Assembly (NCBI RefSeq): GCF_001194135.2
Contig: NC_068994.1
Span: forward strand, 34,600,874-34,664,873
Reading direction: 5' to 3'
From: Octopus bimaculoides
Taxonomy: Eukaryota
DNA: 64,000 bases
Within the stretch, counting starts at the first letter, position 1. The number at the start of each line of letters is the position of its first letter. A program made the position numbers and the translations under genes. Positions 13,198 to 27,394 of the stretch are shown here, in pieces. The notes beneath the pieces were generated by a model that saw nothing but the letters and a program-made list of their open reading frames with translations, was not told where the DNA came from and searched no databases.

Positions 13198-14211
13198 ACA
13201 AACAATACAAAATCTAAAGAAAGTTAATAGTAAATTTGGTTGTCATGAGGTGTGAAAAAATTGACATTTTGAATGATGGTCCTTTGTCTGCTCCTGACAG
13301 CAACTAAACTCACTAAAAACTCCTCTAAATTCCCTTTGAATTTACCTTATTACCATTGTTGGTAATGCAGGTCCACAACAGTTTATTATGTTTTTTTTTT
13401 ATCAAAATGTGGATTTTTATCTATCATACAATACAACGATGAAGATGACAAAACAATATTGATGGCAATGAACATGACGAGGGTGATTATGATGACAATG
13501 ACCACAACAATGGCAAAATGGAAGATGGACAGTGGTTATAACTTGTTAAGATAGATGGTAGTGACAGAGACAACTGAAAATATTTTGAAGTTGATGATAT
13601 TGTTTATAACGATTTTGGCTTTGGGATATTTTGTTAGTGTTAAAAATCACAAGAATTTAATACTTAAATCCCAATTTCCATTGCATTAAAGATACAGAAG
13701 AGATAACTTTTCCTCTTGGCTCTGAAGCTAGGCTATATCGAGGTTATAACTTACTCTGATACTCATTGCTGGCAAAATTCAACTCAGTACAGCAATATTA
13801 CTAACACACTAATTAATCCTACAGTTAAGTTACCACATTTTAGACTAAAGAAACTATGGCCCATATATTTTGTATCTACCTACAGCTATATAAGTTACAT
13901 TATTTGAGAGTTAAAATTTTATTGGTTAGAGACATAGGTAAAATTGGCTGATAACACCCAATCCTGCATTACTCTGTGTGTGTGTGTGTGTGCGTGTCTC
14001 TAAATATATACATATATATATACGTTAGGGTTGAGTGCTTCTCTAGAAATACCGTAACTTCACACCCTACCAGGACCTTAGACTTTTGCTCTATACTGAA
14101 TATATTACTTTGTATATTTGAACATATTTAATTGAGTGCTAAAGGGGATTTTCCAACAAGATGAAGAAAATTACCATGTGTTAAAGAATTTTCTTTGTCT
14201 TCTTATTATTT

Positions 14212-14248
<37 letters not shown>

Positions 14249-15979
14249 TTTTCACCAAAGTCTGTTAGCACAGATTGCTACCCTATGCTCCATGTTTCCA
14301 CTTTTAGTGAACATTTTCCCTTCATCCCTTGATAAATGCAGGAATACAAATCTCGTACTAGGTGATACATTTTTGAATAAAAATTACACCACTCTACCTA
14401 ACAGTATTAAATAATATTTCACTAAATTGTACACACTAATACGGAACCATTTGCAGTTGATATAAAGTGTCAGGCTGTTATAATAAATGCCTTAGGTACT
14501 TAATGCTTGCTGGCTCTCACAACTTTATAGTAAATTGGTATCATGGAATGTCTAACTGATTTTTTTCATCAACAATGCTCCTTAACTCCAAGATTAATGT
14601 TAAGAAACATCTATATCGTGTATGTATATCTTATACAGTATATCATTTGTATGAGATATATTGTATGGAATATCTTATACTGCCCACAACAACTGCTTTA
14701 ATCAGCAGGATCTTTACTAGGTTTTCAATCTCCATGATATCTTCAAAGTTTAAAAAGCAGTAGAAAATAATAAGAAGAGCAACAACAGCAGAAGCAGCAG
14801 CAACAGCAACAACAAACAGACAGACAAATAAAACAGACACATATTTCAAAAGCTTCTTCTTACATTTTAACCATTGTGCAGTGACTCCCCGCAACACATT
14901 CATGTGTATAAAGCAGTAGAAAGCGGTAGAAAAGACAAAAACAAAAAAAATATATGTATGTATATATATAAAATATATAAAATATATTTTATGATATATA
15001 AAATCATATATATCAGATATACATATATATATATCAGATATACATATATATATATATATANNNNNNNNNNNNNNNNNNNNNNNNNNNNNNNNNNNNNNNN
15101 NNNNNNNNNNNNNNNNNNNNNNNNNNNNNNNNNNNNNNNNNNNNNNNNNNNNNNNNNNNNNNNNNNNNNNNNNNNNNNNNNNNNNNNNNNNNNNNNNNNN
15201 NNNNNNNNNNNNNNNNNNNNNNNNNNNNNNNNNNNNNNNNNNNNNNNNNNNNNNNNNNNNNNNNNNNNNNNNNNNNNNNNNNNNNNNNNNNNNNNNNNNN
15301 NNNNNNNNNNNNNNNNNNNNNNNNNNNNNNNNNNNNNNNNNNNNNNNNNNNNNNNNNNNNNNNNNNNNNNNNNNNNNNNNNNNNNNNNNNNNNNNNNNNN
15401 NNNNNNNNNNNNNNNNNNNNNNNNNNNNNNNNNNNNNNNNNNNNNNNNNNNNNNNNNNNNNNNNNNNNNNNNNNNNNNNNNNNNNNNNNNNNNNNNNNNN
15501 NNNNNNNNNNNNNNNNNNNNNNNNNNNNNNNNNNNNNNNNNNNNNNNNNNNNNNNNNNNNNNNNNNNNNNNNNNNNNNNNNNNNNNNNNNNNNNNNNNNN
15601 NNNNNNNNNNNNNNNNNNNNNNNNNNNNNNNNNNNNNNNNNNNNNNNNNNNNNNNNNNNNNNNNNNNNNNNNNNNNNNNNNNNNNNNNNNNNNNNNNNNN
15701 NNNNNNNNNNNNNNNNNNNNNNNNNNNNNNNNNNNNNNNNNNNNNNNNNNNNNNNNNNNNNNNNNNNNNNNNNNNNNNNNNNNNNNNNNNNNNNNNNNNT
15801 TTTTTTTTTTTTGTCATAATATAAATATTTTCAAATAGCTACAGTCAACTGGCTGAAACCAGTGAAGAAGCAAACGAAATTTTTATAAAAGTTTCATAGC
15901 CCATATTTGAGAGATTGTCCTTTATGATTTGTCTGTTTGTTCGTAAGTATGTATGTTTGCTTGTTTGTATGTATGCATG

Positions 15980-16024
<45 letters not shown>

Positions 16025-16864
16025 TTTGTGTGTGTATTTGCTTGTATATAGCTATGTAAGAGAAAATGGAAGGTTTGTGAATAAGATGACTGCAAATATA
16101 GGTATAATAAAGCATGTGTTAGTATATATTAGTATATACTGTAGACATGGCATATAGAATGCTTTGTTTTTTCTGTTTTCTTTTAGTTGCTAAAGTTTGT
16201 CAGGATAAAAATACAGTATAATAGTTAAAAGAGAGCAAGACAAATTTATGTATCTTAAGAGGTTGAGATTAAGTCAGATCAGTGGTGAAAGCCAGTGTGT
16301 TGATGACAGTAATAATTCTGAATTTTGATCAACTGATTTAACATGTAAGTGGCTAGGTATTCCATGGGTATTGGTACCCTTAATGTAATTCTCAGGTTAA
16401 AGGCAGTGTACCTTCGAATTACTGATATGCTCCATCCAACAGACTTCTGAACAGTTTCCGTTAATCCAGTTTCATTCACAAAGTATAGCCAGAGTAAAAA
16501 TGACATTAGCTTAAGATGCCATGCAAGGGAACTGAACCAATGATCTCATGGTTGTGAAGTGAGCTTCTTAACCATTTGGCCACACCATGAATTATTTATG
16601 TTATACACATAATTATTTAGAAACACACACGCACACATGGACACGTGCATCAGTGGTGTGTTTAGAGTGTGCTGTCAGGGACATCACTTGAATTTACTAA
16701 ACAACTACTGCCCCTGCTCCCTATACAGGCTTATAGAGCAGACTGAAAACTAGCACCCCCAAAAGAGGGGCCACCTAGAGCACTATGTCCCCACAGCCCA
16801 ACCCCCAGCTACTTATATATATATATATATATATGGGGCAAGTGATATCGAAACTGAACCAAAT

Positions 16865-17147
16865 TCAATGACTGGCGCCCGTGCCAGTGGACCACTAACA
16901 GCACCATCCAAGTGGGATCACTGCCAGAGCAGCAGTCTTGCTTACATGCCGGTGGCATGTAAGAAGCATCATTTGAGCGTGATCGTTTCCAGCCTTGCCT
17001 TACTGGCACTTGTGCCGGTAGCATGTGAACAAAACATTGGACTGACTCCTGTGCAGGTGGCATATAAAAAACACCATTTGAGCGTGGCCGTTGCCAGTAC
17101 TGCCAGACTGGCCCTCGTGCTGGTGGCATGTAAAAAGCACCCACTAC
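16865..17147 (+). mobile_element. Family F repeat, internal unit region, truncated by a gap
   Basis: Repeated GGTGGCATGTAAAAAGCACC-like units. Confidence 0.6.
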
Positions 17148-17377
17148 NNNNNNNNNNNNNNNNNNNNNNNNNNNNNNNNNNNNNNNNNNNNNNNNNNNNN
17201 NNNNNNNNNNNNNNNNNNNNNNNNNNNNNNNNNNNNNNNNNNNNNNNNNNNNNNNNNNNNNNNNNNNNNNNNNNNNNNNNNNNNNNNNNNNNNNNNNNNN
17301 NNNNNNNNNNNNNNNNNNNNNNNNNNNNNNNNNNNNNNNNNNNNNNNNNNNNNNNNNNNNNNNNNNNNATGATGATG

Positions 17378-17414
<37 letters not shown>

Positions 17415-18280
17415 TAGATAGATAGATATATATATATATATATATATAGATAGATATATATATTGCATTACTGTTTTGTAAACAGATACAAAAACCTGTA
17501 ATGGATATTTCTGGTCTTTTACACGCCGTATCAAGAATTTGTGTCAAGTAGAAAAAATCTCACACAGTTTATAACCTTTTTACGATATTCCACTGATGAG
17601 ACCTTTTATTACACAATGGTAAGCATCATATTGCTAGGAGATTGAGTATTGACACCGTTGAGTATCTTATTCCTGTGTAACTAGACATCATAGCTGAGAA
17701 TCATTTTGTTTTTAGCTAATTGATTGCTCTTAACTCGATATTTTTAATTGTTACTGAACATTCATGCAAAAATATGTCTTGCTTGACAGAGTTAATCTTC
17801 ACTTTGGTACAATATACGGAAATACACATAGAGTGAAGTGAGGTACTACTTCTGAAGTCACATATGAATTAAGATCCCCTCACTTTCTTTCTCTCCATTA
17901 TTTATATATATAAACGTTTGTGCATGCAGAAGAGCAGAAGAGTTTGTTATATATACCAGTTATATGAACATGTATGTTTGTGTGCATGTCTCTGTGAGCG
18001 TGTCTACATATATATATATGTGTGTGTGTTTCTTCTTACTCTGTTTCTCTCAATCCGTACATCGCCATGATTGAGCTCTAGCCACTAAACCTTTTTTATT
18101 TTCTCTCTCTGTTTATTTCTATGTTCCTTTCTGTTGAAGATCATAGGCTCGAAATGTATAAGACTTTCTCACTTCCCGAGCGTTAAACTAATATATCTGT
18201 TTGTTGTTTACATACCCATCTTCGTCTTTTTTGTTTGTTTCTTTTGTAAATTCTAACTATACATATGTATGTATGTATGT

Positions 18281-18311
<31 letters not shown>

Positions 18312-20300
18312 TGTCTCTTTATTAGACACACAGGGCTCGACACAGAGGGGACAAGATATAGATAGATAGATAGATGCATATATATATATACATACATGCA
18401 AACCTATATCCCAATATTTTCTTAATAATAAATTAGAGACTAATATAATTGATGTTAGTAAGTCATGAAAATCTAATTCATAGCAATTACAACTTCAGTG
18501 ATGACAGCAACCATTATCTAAATTACTCTTTCCCTACATTATCTGTTATTTGTATTATTCATCTTATATTCAAATATTTACACATATTCCTGATATTTTA
18601 TATTTCTCCCGTGGGATATCCATCCCTGGCAACCTGACAGAAAAGCGTATCTTCATATGGGATACAGATGTATCATACAGTACCGTTGCTAGTTTTATGA
18701 AAAATAATACTCCATAAACTTGCCAAATGTAGTTGTCTTAGCTCCCTAAATGACTGAAGCAGATGTTAAGGTTTTTATTTTTTAACTTTCTCAAAGCTGG
18801 AGAGGGAAGGGTTAGCATCCAAAATCCAGCATTGTTTCAGGGCATTTGAGAGTTGTGTAAGTAAGGAAGCTGTCTTCAAATCAGAGATGTGCCCTGAATG
18901 CTTTCAGCAGATGGAACACTGCTCAAGTTAGCCAAAAACTGATACTTTTCATAGCAATCCTCCTGAAAACACCACTAGTGAAAACCGATCTAAGTAAAAA
19001 CACGATGTTACTCCATAAACTAAGTAAAAACCTACCATCAGAATTTCATGCTAATTTATGTTCAAAACATCTGCTTAATTATAACTAAGCTATTTTATTA
19101 AATTCATTATGAATTGAAGGTAATGCATTTCAACAGCAGAAATATAGTAACAAAAAGGTTAAGTCTACTTCTCCCAAAACTCAGGAACATAAAATCGTGG
19201 AACTAATATAAACAGACCACTTGTCTAATGCTTTAACAATACTACCAATCCACTAGTGTAAGGCAGTGCATTATCTTATATTTTATTTACCCTATAATGA
19301 AGAAAGGCGAAATTGGCCTACATGGGACATGAACTCAGAGCATGGAGAGCTGGAACAAATACTGAAGAGCATATTTTCTAATGCTCTAACAAATCTACCA
19401 GTTTGCTAGCTTGAGAGGATATTAACCAGAGTAAGAAAGGAGCAGATGAAGTTTAAGGAGCTGCTACCACTACTAGTTACAGGAAAGATTTGATAGGGTA
19501 ATGACGGAGACTCTCTCTATGTCAGTTTTTTAAATGCTAAAAATAACAGCCAAATCTCTCTCAAATCACACCCTACTGTCTTTAAAAAATAGATGAACAT
19601 GTTGAATAATGTGATCTTGGGCTTCCTATACATAAGGAAAAGATGAGGGGGTTATGGTTTGCATGCTTTAGCCCTTTAGTATTTAAACTGGCTATATCCA
19701 GCCCAAATATTCTACCTATTTTATGCTCAAACCAACCATATCCTGCCTCTCACTCCTATCCTACAATGTCATTCTAAAAACAAACAATCACATTATTGCA
19801 ATCGTTAAGCTACAAGACCATGTTTGATTCATTCTAAACAATGTGAATAAATAAGAATTATATTTTACAGAGTGAACTGGAAGAATGTAAAATAAAGTGT
19901 CTTGCTCAAGAACACAACACAGCCTGGTCTGAGACTTGAACCTACAACTTCACGATTGTAAACTTGATGCTCTCACCACTGAGCCATAAGCCGTCATTTA
20001 TGTATACAAATATATATAAATATAGATAGATAGATAGATAGACAGACAGACTGTTGAAAGATGAGAGAATATAAATATATATTATCACATGTTGCAACAA
20101 CAGACGTCAGATAAATGCATTGAAAATATGTTTTAATTGGGTGTTTTGGTACAGAATTTAGTAACAAAGNNNNNNNNNNNNNNNNNNNNNNNNNNNNNNN
20201 NNNNNNNNNNNNNNNNNNNNNNNNNNNNNNNNNNNNNNNNNNNNNNNNNNNNNNNNNNNNNNNNNNNNNNNNNNNNNNNNNNNNNNNNNNNNNNNNNNNN

Positions 20301-20336
<36 letters not shown>

Positions 20337-20599
20337 GTGCTATAGAATGCTAATTATATACAGTCATGCTTCCTGAATGATTGACTATGTGTTGATAGTA
20401 TGAGAAGGGACGGGGCAGAGAATGTCAAGGAAAGAAGCAAGGAGGAGATGTAAAGGAATGGTATGACTATACATATAACCCTGGATGATTGATGAAACGA
20501 CAAAAAGGATTGCAACAGGCAGCAGTGTATACTACATGATGGCAGACACATTCAACCCATGCCAGGACCGAAAGAATTGGTGTTACAGCAGTACTGCTG

Positions 20600-20615
20600 C
20601 TGTTGCTGCTGGCAT

Positions 20616-20649
<34 letters not shown>

Positions 20650-20955
20650 GGGGGTGGGTGGCATTGTTGATGTAAGGTTGACGATGAGAGGGAGACGTAG
20701 GTTTAGGATGACGCTGATGTTGATGATAATGAAGATGATGATGATTGTGATGATGGCGATTCATGTGATGGTCAGAGTTGTAATTGTAATGGCAATGAGG
20801 ACGAGGGCAGAGGGAGATGGTGATAGTAATGTTGATGGCGATGTCAATGATGATAATGATGATGATGAAGGTGATGGTGGTGGTGGTGGTGGTTGAGGGT
20901 GGTGGTGATGGTGGTAATGACGACGTCGACAACGATGACGACAACGACAATGATT
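20600..20955. repeat. Degenerate (GAT)/(GGT)/(GAC) trinucleotide low-complexity tract
   Basis: Directly visible; generates the poly-D/G/H/M pseudo-ORFs. Confidence 0.9.
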
Positions 20956-22013
20956 TATCGTTTCAACTCTATTGAGCCAAATTCTGACGTCTATAGCTCA
21001 TTAGTGCAAATGACAACAAAATATTAATTACTAAATATTATCATGTAATTAAAATAAAGAAATCATCATCATCATCATCAAAATCATTAATATTAATTCA
21101 TTGCATTTTTAATGATNNNNNNNNNNNNNNNNNNNNNNNNNNNNNNNNNNNNNNNNNNNNNNNNNNNNNNNNNNNNNNNNNNNNNNNNNNNNNNNNNNNN
21201 NNNNNNNNNNNNNNNNNNNNNNNNNNNNNNNNNNNNNNNNNNNNNNNNNNNNNNNNNNNNNNNNNNNNNNNNNNNNNNNNNNNNNNNNNNNNNNNNNNNN
21301 NNNNNNNNNNNNNNNNNNNNNNNNNNNNNNNNNNNNNNNNNNNNNNNNNNNNNNNNNNNNNNNNNNNNNNNNNNNNNNNNNNNNNNNNNNNNNNNNNNNN
21401 NNNNNNNNNNNNNNNNNNNNNNNNNNNNNNNNNNNNNNNNNNNNNNNNNNNNNNNNNNNNNNNNNNNNNNNNNNNNNNNNNNNNNNNNNNNNNNNNNNNN
21501 NNNNNNNNNNNNNNNNNNNNNNNNNNNNNNNNNNNNNNNNNNNNNNNNNNNNNNNNNNNNNNNNNNNNNNNNNNNNNNNNNNNNNNNNNNNNNNNNNNNN
21601 NNNNNNNNNNNNNNNNNNNNNNNNNNNNNNNNNNNNNNNNNNNNNNNNNNNNNNNNNNNNNNNNNNNNNNNNNNNNNNNNNNNNNNNNNNNNNNNNNNNN
21701 NNNNNNNNNNNNNNNNNNNNNNNNNNNNNNNNNNNNNNNNNNNNNNNNNNNNNNNNNNNNNNNNNNNNNNNNNNNNNNNNNNNNNNNNNNNNNNNNNNNN
21801 NNNNNNNNNNNNNNNNNNNNNNNNNNNNNNNNNNNNNNNNNNNNNNNNNNNNNNNNNNNNNNNNNNNNNNNNNNNNNNNNNNNNNNNNNNNNNNNNNNNN
21901 NNNNNNNNNNNNNNNNNNNNNNNNNNNNNNNNNNNNNNNNNNNNNNNNNNNNNNNNNNNNNNNNNNNNNNNNNNNNNNNNNNNNNNNNNNNNNNNNNNNN
22001 NNNNNNNNNNNNN

Positions 22014-22046
<33 letters not shown>

Positions 22047-22889
22047 CACTCTCACACATATACATATGCATACATGATACATGCACATACACACAAATAT
22101 AGTGCCTCTAAATATGTTTCTGATACTTCTCTATCCCTCAGCCAATCAGCCTTATCAAATAAATTCTACTTAAAAAACCAACACGAAGAAAAACAGCTCT
22201 TTTACTTTTTTTTTAAAACAAACAATAAGAAAAAATTTTTTTTTCCCAGCTGCTCAAGTCTCTATTGAACCTCTGGCTTCTTCCTTTTTTCAAGAAGACC
22301 AGATGTTTTGCCTTCAACTTTTTCCATTTGCGTAACTCTGTCAATAACTAGAATCTATTTTTCATCACCAAATCCATACAGCTTCAATTCTTCATGCATT
22401 CTTTCCACCATCGTCTCTATTCCTCATCATCATTTCCACGAGGATCAATCCAAGCAACAACCACCACCATTACCATTACACTACCACTAGCACCACCTCC
22501 ACTACCCACCCTCTGTCACCACCAATACCATTAAGATTGCACAACTACACAATTCTATTTCCAACCAACACACCTCCACTTCCCACTGGCATTTCCACCG
22601 CTAACACTGCCATTCTTAGACTTAACCTACTCTGCAGGATTTCATATAGTATAAGATATTGTACCAGTGTCATATTCTAACAGTGATATTGTTTTCTTCA
22701 AAATCTGGCCTAAAAAATATAAATTTCCTGGAGGAGGATTTTATTCACCAAATTTCTAGTCTAGTAGTTCAAATAAATCCAAAGACATTTTTTTCTCTTT
22801 CTTTTTGCTGTCTTCTCTAATAAACACCTCCATTGATCAGTATCTGTCACTTACAGCTGTATATTTCCTCTGCTTCCAGCATGATTTCT

Positions 22890-23470
22890 GCCCTGCTAGT
22901 AACATGTCATTGCTCTTGATGGTAAATATTGTTTCCCACCTTTTGCTGCCAAAAGATCTGATCTTGTCAATAAGGCATAGACAAGAAAGTGGTAAAGATA
23001 GTAGAGCTGACAGTTCCCTGGGAAGTTAACATTGAAGATGCTTTCCTCGGGAGAGACAAAAAATACAGTGAGTTCATTGAAAAGAATGGAGGGGAAGCAT
23101 TATGTCATCCTGTAGATATAGTTGTTATAAGATTAGTTGGAACTAAAGTTCACCCAATGTTCATGAGTCTTGGACAAGTTATGAAGGAGACAAAAAATGT
23201 TGCCAGAAAATTGTCAGAAGCTGCTGAAAAAGCTAGCCATTGCATTTATCTCAAGAGGGAAGATGAGTGAGTGTTGCAGCAAGAACAAGCATTGAGGATG
23301 GTAGAAACATCTGGCCTAGAGTCACAACATCTGACTCAACAAAGCTCATGTTGTTGTGTGAGAATTTTGCCACCTACATCGGTAGGTGGCCTCAGGCAGC
23401 TCTGATGTTGTGGTGGATGAGGTCAAAACACTAACAGAGCTTTTTCACCACCTGATGAGATATCAACTCC
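22890..23470 (+). mobile_element. Decayed 3' end of an RLE-type non-LTR retrotransposon (HERO-like): endonuclease plus 3' UTR
   Basis: LDGKYCFPP..KRSDLV (degenerate RPDIV), then VELTVPWE.NIEDA..R.KKY, PVDIV and LSEAAEKASHCIYLKR, typical of the PD-(D/E)xK domain of HERO-type LINEs. Contains a stop and a frameshift. Confidence 0.8.
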
Positions 23471-23934
23471 TGCATTCAGAGACAGAACACAGCAGCACCC
23501 CCAGTACATAAGTGTTAACCCTAATAAAACATCCCCTTCTTGGATCTTTTCTGCCTCTTTGGCAACATGCTTTTGCTTTCTAGTGGGCACCAATCCTGTT
23601 GTAGCATATGGATGTAAAGTCTTATGTTTTACAACAGGCTGGTCATTCACCTGGAGACTAAAGAACAGTAATATACTACTAGTGGAGCAGAAAAGATGTT
23701 GGAAAAATATGTGGATATGATAGAAGAATAGTTCAGCCAGTCCTGAGAATGTCACAGTCTTACCATTGTAGCATTTGTTATTGGCCACTTCTTAATCAAG
23801 CAGTGCAACACAGTTTTCTTAGCAAACAATATTGATTAAATGTTTATTGAATCAGTCCAGGTCACCTTAAAATATTTATAATTGTTATTATTGCGCTTGT
23901 CACAATAAGTATTTGAGTGTTTCACAGTTAACCA

Positions 23935-24170
23935 ATTAACTAAGGAACACAGTCTTAGACATAATCAAAATATTTAATGTGATGAAACAAGTCAGTATGA
24001 TATGCTTTCAACAAATTTAACTATGGAACACAATGAAAGACATAATCAAAATATTTAACATAATGAAACAAGGCTAAGTGTTAGGCTTTGAACAGATTTA
24101 ACTATGGAATAAAATCAAAGACATTATTGAAGTCTTTAAAACATAATGAAACAATGTTAAGATAGTCTAT
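23935..24170. repeat. Degenerate 81-bp tandem repeat, ~3 copies
   Basis: AGACAT(A/T)AT anchor at 23957, 24038 and 24119, with shared TTAACTA.GGAA and AATGAAACAA. Confidence 0.75.
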
Positions 24171-24269
24171 AAATTTATGCATCACTGTAGAAATAACATA
24201 TACATAAAGTACACTTTCCATGGCTAATAGATATCATTATGGCAAGCCAGTGATAGAGCTTTCGTATGT

Positions 24270-24790
24270 CTGCTCCATCTGCTTGAAATAGCAGTTAAAT
24301 CTCCCTCAAATATATACCCTTCTGTATTCAATGATAGGACACCCAGATTAATGCAGTCCTAAGTGTCTGAAAAATTTAAGATGGTCATGTACAGAAGACT
24401 TTTGATCATAGGTCTCTTCAAGCATGACTAACCTGGAGTTAAACAAGCACAGCAATAGAGATTGCATAAACAGTTCATAGCTGCAGTCTGTTTGGTGGTT
24501 TGTAGGTTTGTGGAGAGGGATCCATGTAATACAAGAGCTTGTAGCCCTGGGTTCAACTAAAACCTATGAACTCTGAAACCAAGGTCATAAGAAATGGACT
24601 ATTCTATATATCTCTGCCTATGTTCTATGAGAGAGAGAGGGGGGGAGCTACTTTAAAAAAAGGAGCTACTTGAAAAAAAGGACACATTGGAAAAATGTGG
24701 TCCTAGATGCACAAAACAATGAATCAGTCGTAACTGGAACACATTTGATTATAGAGCTGCTCAATCATAGGTCACTTGAGAAAAGCTTAT
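24270..24790 (+). mobile_element. Two decayed copies of local family G repeat (GAAATAGCAG..AAATCTCCCTCAAAT..CACCC..TTTGATCATAGGTC..AAACAA)
   Basis: The same motifs recur at ~500-740 (-), 7480-7650 (-), 19530-19680, 26800-26990, 32960-33350 and 63700-63800 (-). Confidence 0.55.
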
Positions 24791-25489
24791 CAATAGCAAC
24801 CACAACACCAACATCTATGAATTATCTGGGTCATTTACTTGTCCTTAATTTAGTAACTGGCTGGTCTATATAGCTGGCTGCTTTACATAAATGGCTAGTC
24901 ACTAAAATTTATTGTTAATATTAATCACACATTTTCAATATTATCTAGCTGAAGGTCATCTACATGAAATCTTTAAAGAGTTAATTCCTTTTTGTTTTCT
25001 TTTTGTTTGTTTTTGTTCATCTTTTTCACTCCATGATTCTTACAAATGATTAATCATTCAACCGTGAAGTAGGGAATGGTAGTAGGAGGACTTCTATTTT
25101 GTTTCCAATCAGTTAGACTAGGCAGAACTATGGTGTAAAGTTCCTTTTGCCTACAGGCGCAATTACTTGGTTATATTCTGTAGATGAGATTTCGTGATGT
25201 CACCGATGTTAATTAAAGCTGAACTTCCATATAAATATTCTGCTGGAAAAGTGATTCTGGCATTTGGTCCCAAAAGGCTTAGCTCTAATGCTGCTCCATC
25301 ATGTGACCTCTTCAATATTATTGGCTTGATTTATGAGAAGTAAATAATTCATTTAGAAGGGCTGCAGTGGGAGGTAGAGTTTAAGATGTGGTTGGGTTTA
25401 GTGGGGGTATGGGTGTCAGGGTGGGGTTTGGATTAGGAAGAAATGTGACAAAGATGTCAATATATTTATTAACTAGTAATATCTCATGG

Positions 25490-25505
25490 GAAATTTCTGT
25501 CAGCA

Positions 25506-25574
<69 letters not shown>

Positions 25575-26259
25575 TGTATGTATTTGTATATGTATATATA
25601 TGTATGTATGTATTAGTGTGTGTATGTATATATATTTCTGTGTGTATGTATGTATATTTACATATATATTTGTATGTATTTATAGATATATATTTTTTGT
25701 GTGTTTAAATATATGTATGTATTGGTGTGGTATTGGTATATATGTTCATATGCATACTTATGCAAGCATACCATCTCACGTTAACACACACACACACACA
25801 CACACATACAGAGAAAAATTATGTATGCTTGTATTTGTATGTACACTGATATATGAATGTATGTGTGTACGTGTAAAAGTATAGAAGTATATCCTCACAT
25901 ATACTATACACAGCTGCAGACTCATACATATATACACACAAATAACCACAGGCACATACACAAAGATACACACACACACATACAGACATTAAAATCAACA
26001 ATTCATTTTCGTAGTACAAGGATAATAAAACTGTGTTGAATTGAATTAAGTAAAACACACACACACACACACACATCATACAACATCTGCAAAACACATG
26101 TGTACACACATATGCAAACATGCAAGGACACACTAACAAATACACACACATGTACACATACATTATAGACAAACACGTGAAGACTGACATGCTCATACAC
26201 ACAGACATGCACACACACAAATGCATAGACGTAAATTCACTCACACATAGATCCACACA
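25490..26259. repeat. (TA)n/(TATG)n/(CA)n low-complexity block
   Basis: Directly visible. Confidence 0.9.
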
Positions 26260-27394
26260 NNNNNNNNNNNNNNNNNNNNNNNNNNNNNNNNNNNNNNNNN
26301 NNNNNNNNNNNNNNNNNNNNNNNNNNNNNNNNNNNNNNNNNNNNNNNNNNNNNNNNNNNNNNNNNNNNNNNNNNNNNNNNNNNNNNNNNNNNNNNNNNNN
26401 NNNNNNNNNNNNNNNNNNNNNNNNNNNNNNNNNNNNNNNNNNNNNNNNNNNNNNNNNNNNNNNNNNNNNNNNNNNNNNNNNNNNNNNNNNNNNNNNNNNN
26501 NNNNNNNNNNNNNNNNNNNAAACTTCTTAATATATTGGAGAGGGGGAAATTAACCAAGGTGGGGGTCATTGTCCTAGGGGGTACTTGTCGTTGGGGGTAA
26601 CTGTCCTGATACAACACACAAATGTTCCTATAAAATCAATAACTGAATATACACTCTTTACATGCAGAGTGTATAGCTATACATCAATATATATGTTCAT
26701 CAATTCTATAGAGCTTCATTATGAAAAAGAAACATTCAGAGGTGTGTAGAAGTTGAACACCTCTGAAATATGACCAATATGCAACCACAGGCCATTGAAA
26801 GGGCCTCTAAATGGTCACTCAACATGCTAGAAATATCAACAAAATCTTCCTTGAATCACAGTCTACTATTTTGGAAAAGAAGTGAAATATTGGACAATGC
26901 AGTCCAAGATACTGGTTGTGTGTGAAAATCAAAAATACAACTGAATGGTCACATCTGGAATGTATGTTGTAGGCACAAGCATTACTTTTTTCATACTGCT
27001 TTCATTATTATTACTCTTTAAGGATCAGTAAATACAGTACCAGTTAAATACTGGGGTCCAGCACTCATCTTAGCAGAATTATAGTCCCCTAAGCAAATCA
27101 AAGCACTAAGCTATATTGTATTTACTTATTGTCAGCAAGCTACAGCATACAAAGATCAGAATTGGGCCCTCTTGACTTGTGAGGCCCCGGGCAAATACCT
27201 AGTGTGACTGTACCTTAAAACAGCACTGTTGGGGTCAACTACTGCAACCTCTTTTTCTTGCCTTCCTTCTCTTTCCTCCCCACCTCCCATACACTCGCTC
27301 TCTCTCTCTGAATTGCCCATGTTTCCTAATTAGTGTCAAAAAGGTTATTTGCAGGAGGATCCCTTCCACCAGAAATTGCAAAAAGAACTTATTA

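Noticed and set aside
20467-20950. Poly-His/Asp/Gly ORFs
   Set aside because: They are trinucleotide low-complexity DNA, open on both strands, with no splice support.
23423-23788. 121-aa minus ORF with an acceptor-like CTCCAG|GTGAATGA at 23651, a possible alternative last exon (Gly-Glu-stop in phase 1)
   Set aside because: The peptide has no recognisable family, its distal end overlaps the antisense of the HERO 3' UTR, and a competing AG lies 9 nt upstream. Such sites are expected by chance in 36 kb.
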